64,000 bases of DNA from Anthoceros angustus. Its lineage: Eukaryota; Plantae; Anthocerotophyta. Location: assembly GCA_010909165.1 (NCBI GenBank), contig VJWM01000323.1, positions 1-64,000 on the forward strand, given 5' to 3'. A model generated the notes under the pieces. The model was not told the origin of the DNA. It was given only the letters and a program-made list of their open reading frames with translations, and did not search any database. The position numbers and the translations under genes are program-made. The first letter of the stretch is position 1, and each line of letters starts with the position of its first letter. Below are positions 61,046 through 64,000 of the stretch, piece after piece.

Positions 61046-62007
61046 TCAAAGTTGGCCTGCCAACTTTTTTAGGTGCTGGAAGGCACGCTGCTTGATCCAT
61101 TGTCGATCATAAGGGACATAAGCATTGATTGTCGGATCAAGTCTGGAGACACATGCCGAGAACACCAATTGTTTAATTTCTCAACAAGCACAACTCGTAT
61201 CCTACTGCTGTGAAAACAGTGATAGAAAGATTTATGAGCTAAATGGAATCCAGAGAACATACACCAAAGCACTTATATCTGGCTGCCCATCAATAAATTT
61301 GTAAAGGTCCCCAATATCGTATGTAATGTTGCGTTTATCAGGGTTTGCTTCTTTGAGCCTCTTCTCAAAAAGGGCACAAATCCCTGCAGAAGAAAAAGGA
61401 TAACGTGGGTTAAGTGCTGAATCTCTTGCACTTCATGCTGTCACATAGAATAGTTACGACTTACCGTCCATTGCTAGGGACACAGTTTCATAGTCCATGA
61501 ATGTACGGGTTGCTCTGCTGGAGAGCGGCTGCCATAAGATAATCGTATGCCTATTTGCCTGCCAGAGAATGGAGTTTCACTTGACGCAGCCAAAACGGAG
61601 GCAAATCCGGCAGACAACATACCAAAAACAAGAGAATCACATAACCATTAACAATATAAAGTCTGTGAGGAGTCCAACACACTAGTCAAGTTTTTTCAAC
61701 ATCCCGTGGCAGCACACGCAGAGATGAGGCACAGAATAACCTCAGAGAGTAGGACGTAAGCAAGTTACAGTCCTGAACCCTAAAAAGGAAGGCAAAAGAC
61801 AGACAGACAAGGGCTGGACGAAAGGGTTGGAGGCAACCTAGATATGCAGGCCAACAAACATATGCAGGAAAGGCAGAACACAGAGGTGATCCAATCTGAG
61901 ATACAAGCTGTAAAGCGAAAGATACAAAGGAAACTGAGCTGCTACGGTGCCAAGAGGAACCTGCCAAATGAGGCGGTGATAGCAGCGATGAGGGTAGCAC
62001 GTACCAT
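61046..62007 (-). CDS. ERH: Enhancer of rudimentary homolog; complement(join(61046-61142, 61263-61383, 61465-61558, 62005-62007)); 104 aa
   Basis: Spliced product M-ANRHTIILWQPLSSRATRTFMDYETVSLAMDGICALFEKRLKEANPDKRNITYDIGDLYKFIDGQPDISALVLDPTINAYVPYDRQWIKQRAFQHLKKLAGQL*. GT-AG introns with matching phases. The ATG-only first exon (ATG|GTACGT) is inferred. Confidence 0.95.
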
Positions 62008-62303
62008 AGCTGCTCGCCTGCTGCGGGGGATGGAAACACGCTGGAGGTTTACGCGCTGTGGATTGCAGCTGGCGTACTCAGAGTCGCTACGGCCTCGATA
62101 GCATACGCGCGGGCAGCATGGTAGTCTGCAGTTCACTGAGTTCGTCACCACCCAGCACAAGAAACGCATTAGTTGCCCTAAACTGTACCTTTATTGGCCA
62201 TTCGATGTGTGGCGCCTATTGAAATAGACAAATTTGTGACACACATTAGGACGGCGCGTTCAAGCCTGCGATCGCCACAGGTGGGGCGCCAAGTGGAAGG
62301 ACG

Positions 62304-63100
62304 ATGATGAGAATTTACGGGATTCGTTCCCCGCATGCTGCAACCATGAGAGAGGTGGGGCTTCTTGCTGAAAAACTCGGCCCAATGTCATCCTTGCTCA
62401 AATGTGAGTGTAGAGATTGTCCGATCCGGAATCTGGAATTTCGAACGGCCTAACAACGCGCTGTTACAAGCCCGCACGAAGCGGCGCACGCAAATCCTTG
62501 TATCGCACCGTCCTGAGAACCTTTGCTTGCAGTCAATTCGCAGCCACGAACTGCAGTAACTTTATTTAGGTTTCTGAAGTTTCTCAGGCTTAAGAATCCG
62601 GAGCTGAAATTTGAACACGTTCCTGATGCCCGGGATTGGTTCCTTTATTCTCCGTCTAAATGCTTCTCTCAAAACTCCTCCAAGTATCCATTCATGCTCC
62701 TGCAATGTCCCGTGGGGAAGGATTCCGGTCTGAGCTGTACAGACCAGAAAACGTGAGATGTGTGAGCAGTACAGGGTTAGCCAAGGGGAGGGTGACATCC
62801 AGCCTTAGAAAAGCCTTCTCCAAAGCAAACGCTCTGCGATGTGCGGTTTTGCATGTATCATCACCACAAGTGCCAGCGACATCCTTGCAGAAGGAGGCTC
62901 TGCCCAGCCGGGAGGAAAACGTGTCGTTCATCAGCCGCTGTTGTGGCTCCCGTTGCAAATCCTTGTTCAATCGTCTGGAAGCACGTACTACATGGATGGG
63001 AAGCTGTTGCTATTTCCTCATCACATTTATTAGACTGGGCGTCCTACTCAGTGACAACGAGACTCACAGCTTGTCTTCTGCCCTGCCGGTTAGTGCTTAA
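62304..63100 (+). other. Possible small gene head-to-head with ERH (unidentified)
   Basis: ATG at 62304, donor GTGAGT at 62404, and acceptor ttgcag ending 62532, in phase with ORF 62523-62756. No family recognised. Confidence 0.25.
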
Positions 63101-63476
63101 GCGTTCTTCAATCTGGTACTGACTATCGTCACTACCTATCGTAACTAACTTAAATCACTAACTATCGTCACTTTGGTTCACCATTAGAAACTTGTTCTTC
63201 TCTTTCGTCGGAGTGCAGACTATTCTTCTCATGCCAGGAGTCACAATCCTCCGTGCTGACTAATGTAACAGCGAATCACGATTGTCCCTACTTATTTAGA
63301 AATGAAGAGGCTGCACCGCCATTTTCGTAATACATCATAATCAATACATCTCGTCACGAAGCTGCAATGTTCCCTCAGCAGACGAGAAATCAATTACCAG
63401 CTCGCAAAAACCGAGACCACAGCCCATTGCGCACGACCAAACAGTCTTCCAATCGTCCCTAAGGAGAGTGCAACCT

Positions 63477-63974
63477 CTAGTTAGCTTTCTCTTTGATAAC
63501 TTCAATATCCATCTCAGTCGGATCCGTTGCCTGAAGCTCGTAGTGAACACCATCCAGCTCTCTGCGAAACCGGTCTTTGGAACTGGCATACATCATCTTG
63601 GCTTTCACTCTAGAAGTGTCGGGGGACCTACAGACATGCAGACACGAGGATCAGACCTGACAGAAACAAACAATGAGCGCCTACTTGATCAGATCCGTTG
63701 CCACGTACCAAGCTATGAAGAAGATCTTGCTTTTCTGACAGTTGTCAGAAGTGGTGAAATCGAAATCGAAGACTCCGTATCTACAGTCGTGTTCTGGAAG
63801 GGCAGCAGTGAAGTCGTCATAAGTTTCAGATGGACCACCTGCTTTCTCCACCACAACCTGCTGAACTTTCTCGTCAATTTTGAAAACTATGTAGCGGTAG
63901 GTCTTCTTTCTCTTAAGCTCCATAAATTTGAGCTTGCACTCATCACTCACAGCCATTCCCGAAGCGGCGTTCGC
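63477..63974 (-). CDS. ADF: Actin-depolymerizing factor/cofilin; exons 63709-63974 and 63477-63627 (ATG exon beyond the window end)
   Basis: [36 protein letters not shown]...SKIFFIAW|[49 protein letters not shown]. Exons are 266 and 151 bp with an 81-bp GT-AG intron inside the Trp codon, as in plant ADFs. Confidence 0.98.
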
Positions 63975-64000
63975 CTACAAGAAGATGTCAGGCAAACATC

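Noticed and set aside
61069-61272. ORF-track 67-aa protein
   Set aside because: It is the wrong frame of the ERH last exon plus intron.
63681-63956. ORF-track 91-aa ADF starting at MAVSD
   Set aside because: It starts at an internal Met and reads into the intron; the true exon starts at 63974 and splices at 63709.
1-64000. tRNA, rRNA or other structured ncRNA genes
   Set aside because: None recognised; the only tRNA-related sequences are PBS complements.

Overview
Eukaryotic (land-plant-like) nuclear DNA. About 60 kb (1-60.5k) is a nested transposon cluster. The last 3.5 kb holds two intact, small-intron host genes on the minus strand: Enhancer of rudimentary homolog (ERH, complete) and actin-depolymerizing factor (ADF, last two exons). 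The cluster contains two Ty1/Copia elements, a Ty3/Gypsy (Athila/Tat-like) family with ~4.7-kb LTRs (two TSD-flanked solo LTRs, a pol-less derivative and fragments), a CACTA element, a CCCTA-ended CACTA-like element carrying a (GGA)n tract, a Sola2/DUF7869-like transposase remnant and a CRE-clade non-LTR retrotransposon. The most unusual signal is a tandem pair of intronless C5-cytosine DNA methyltransferase-like sequences (47.6-49.3k; 49.3-56.6k, split by the CACTA). Both have Ser at the catalytic Cys position (GWESQGLS) and an apparent loss of motifs VIII-IX and the target-recognition domain. Second is the giant LTR, which carries a ~3-kb conserved reading frame inside U3. TE reading frames are heavily frameshifted while host exons are clean, so some indels may be consensus errors. 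Family assignments come from motif recognition, not database searches; boundaries without a TSD are approximate. The organism is probably a compact-intron non-seed plant such as a hornwort or lycophyte (inference only).
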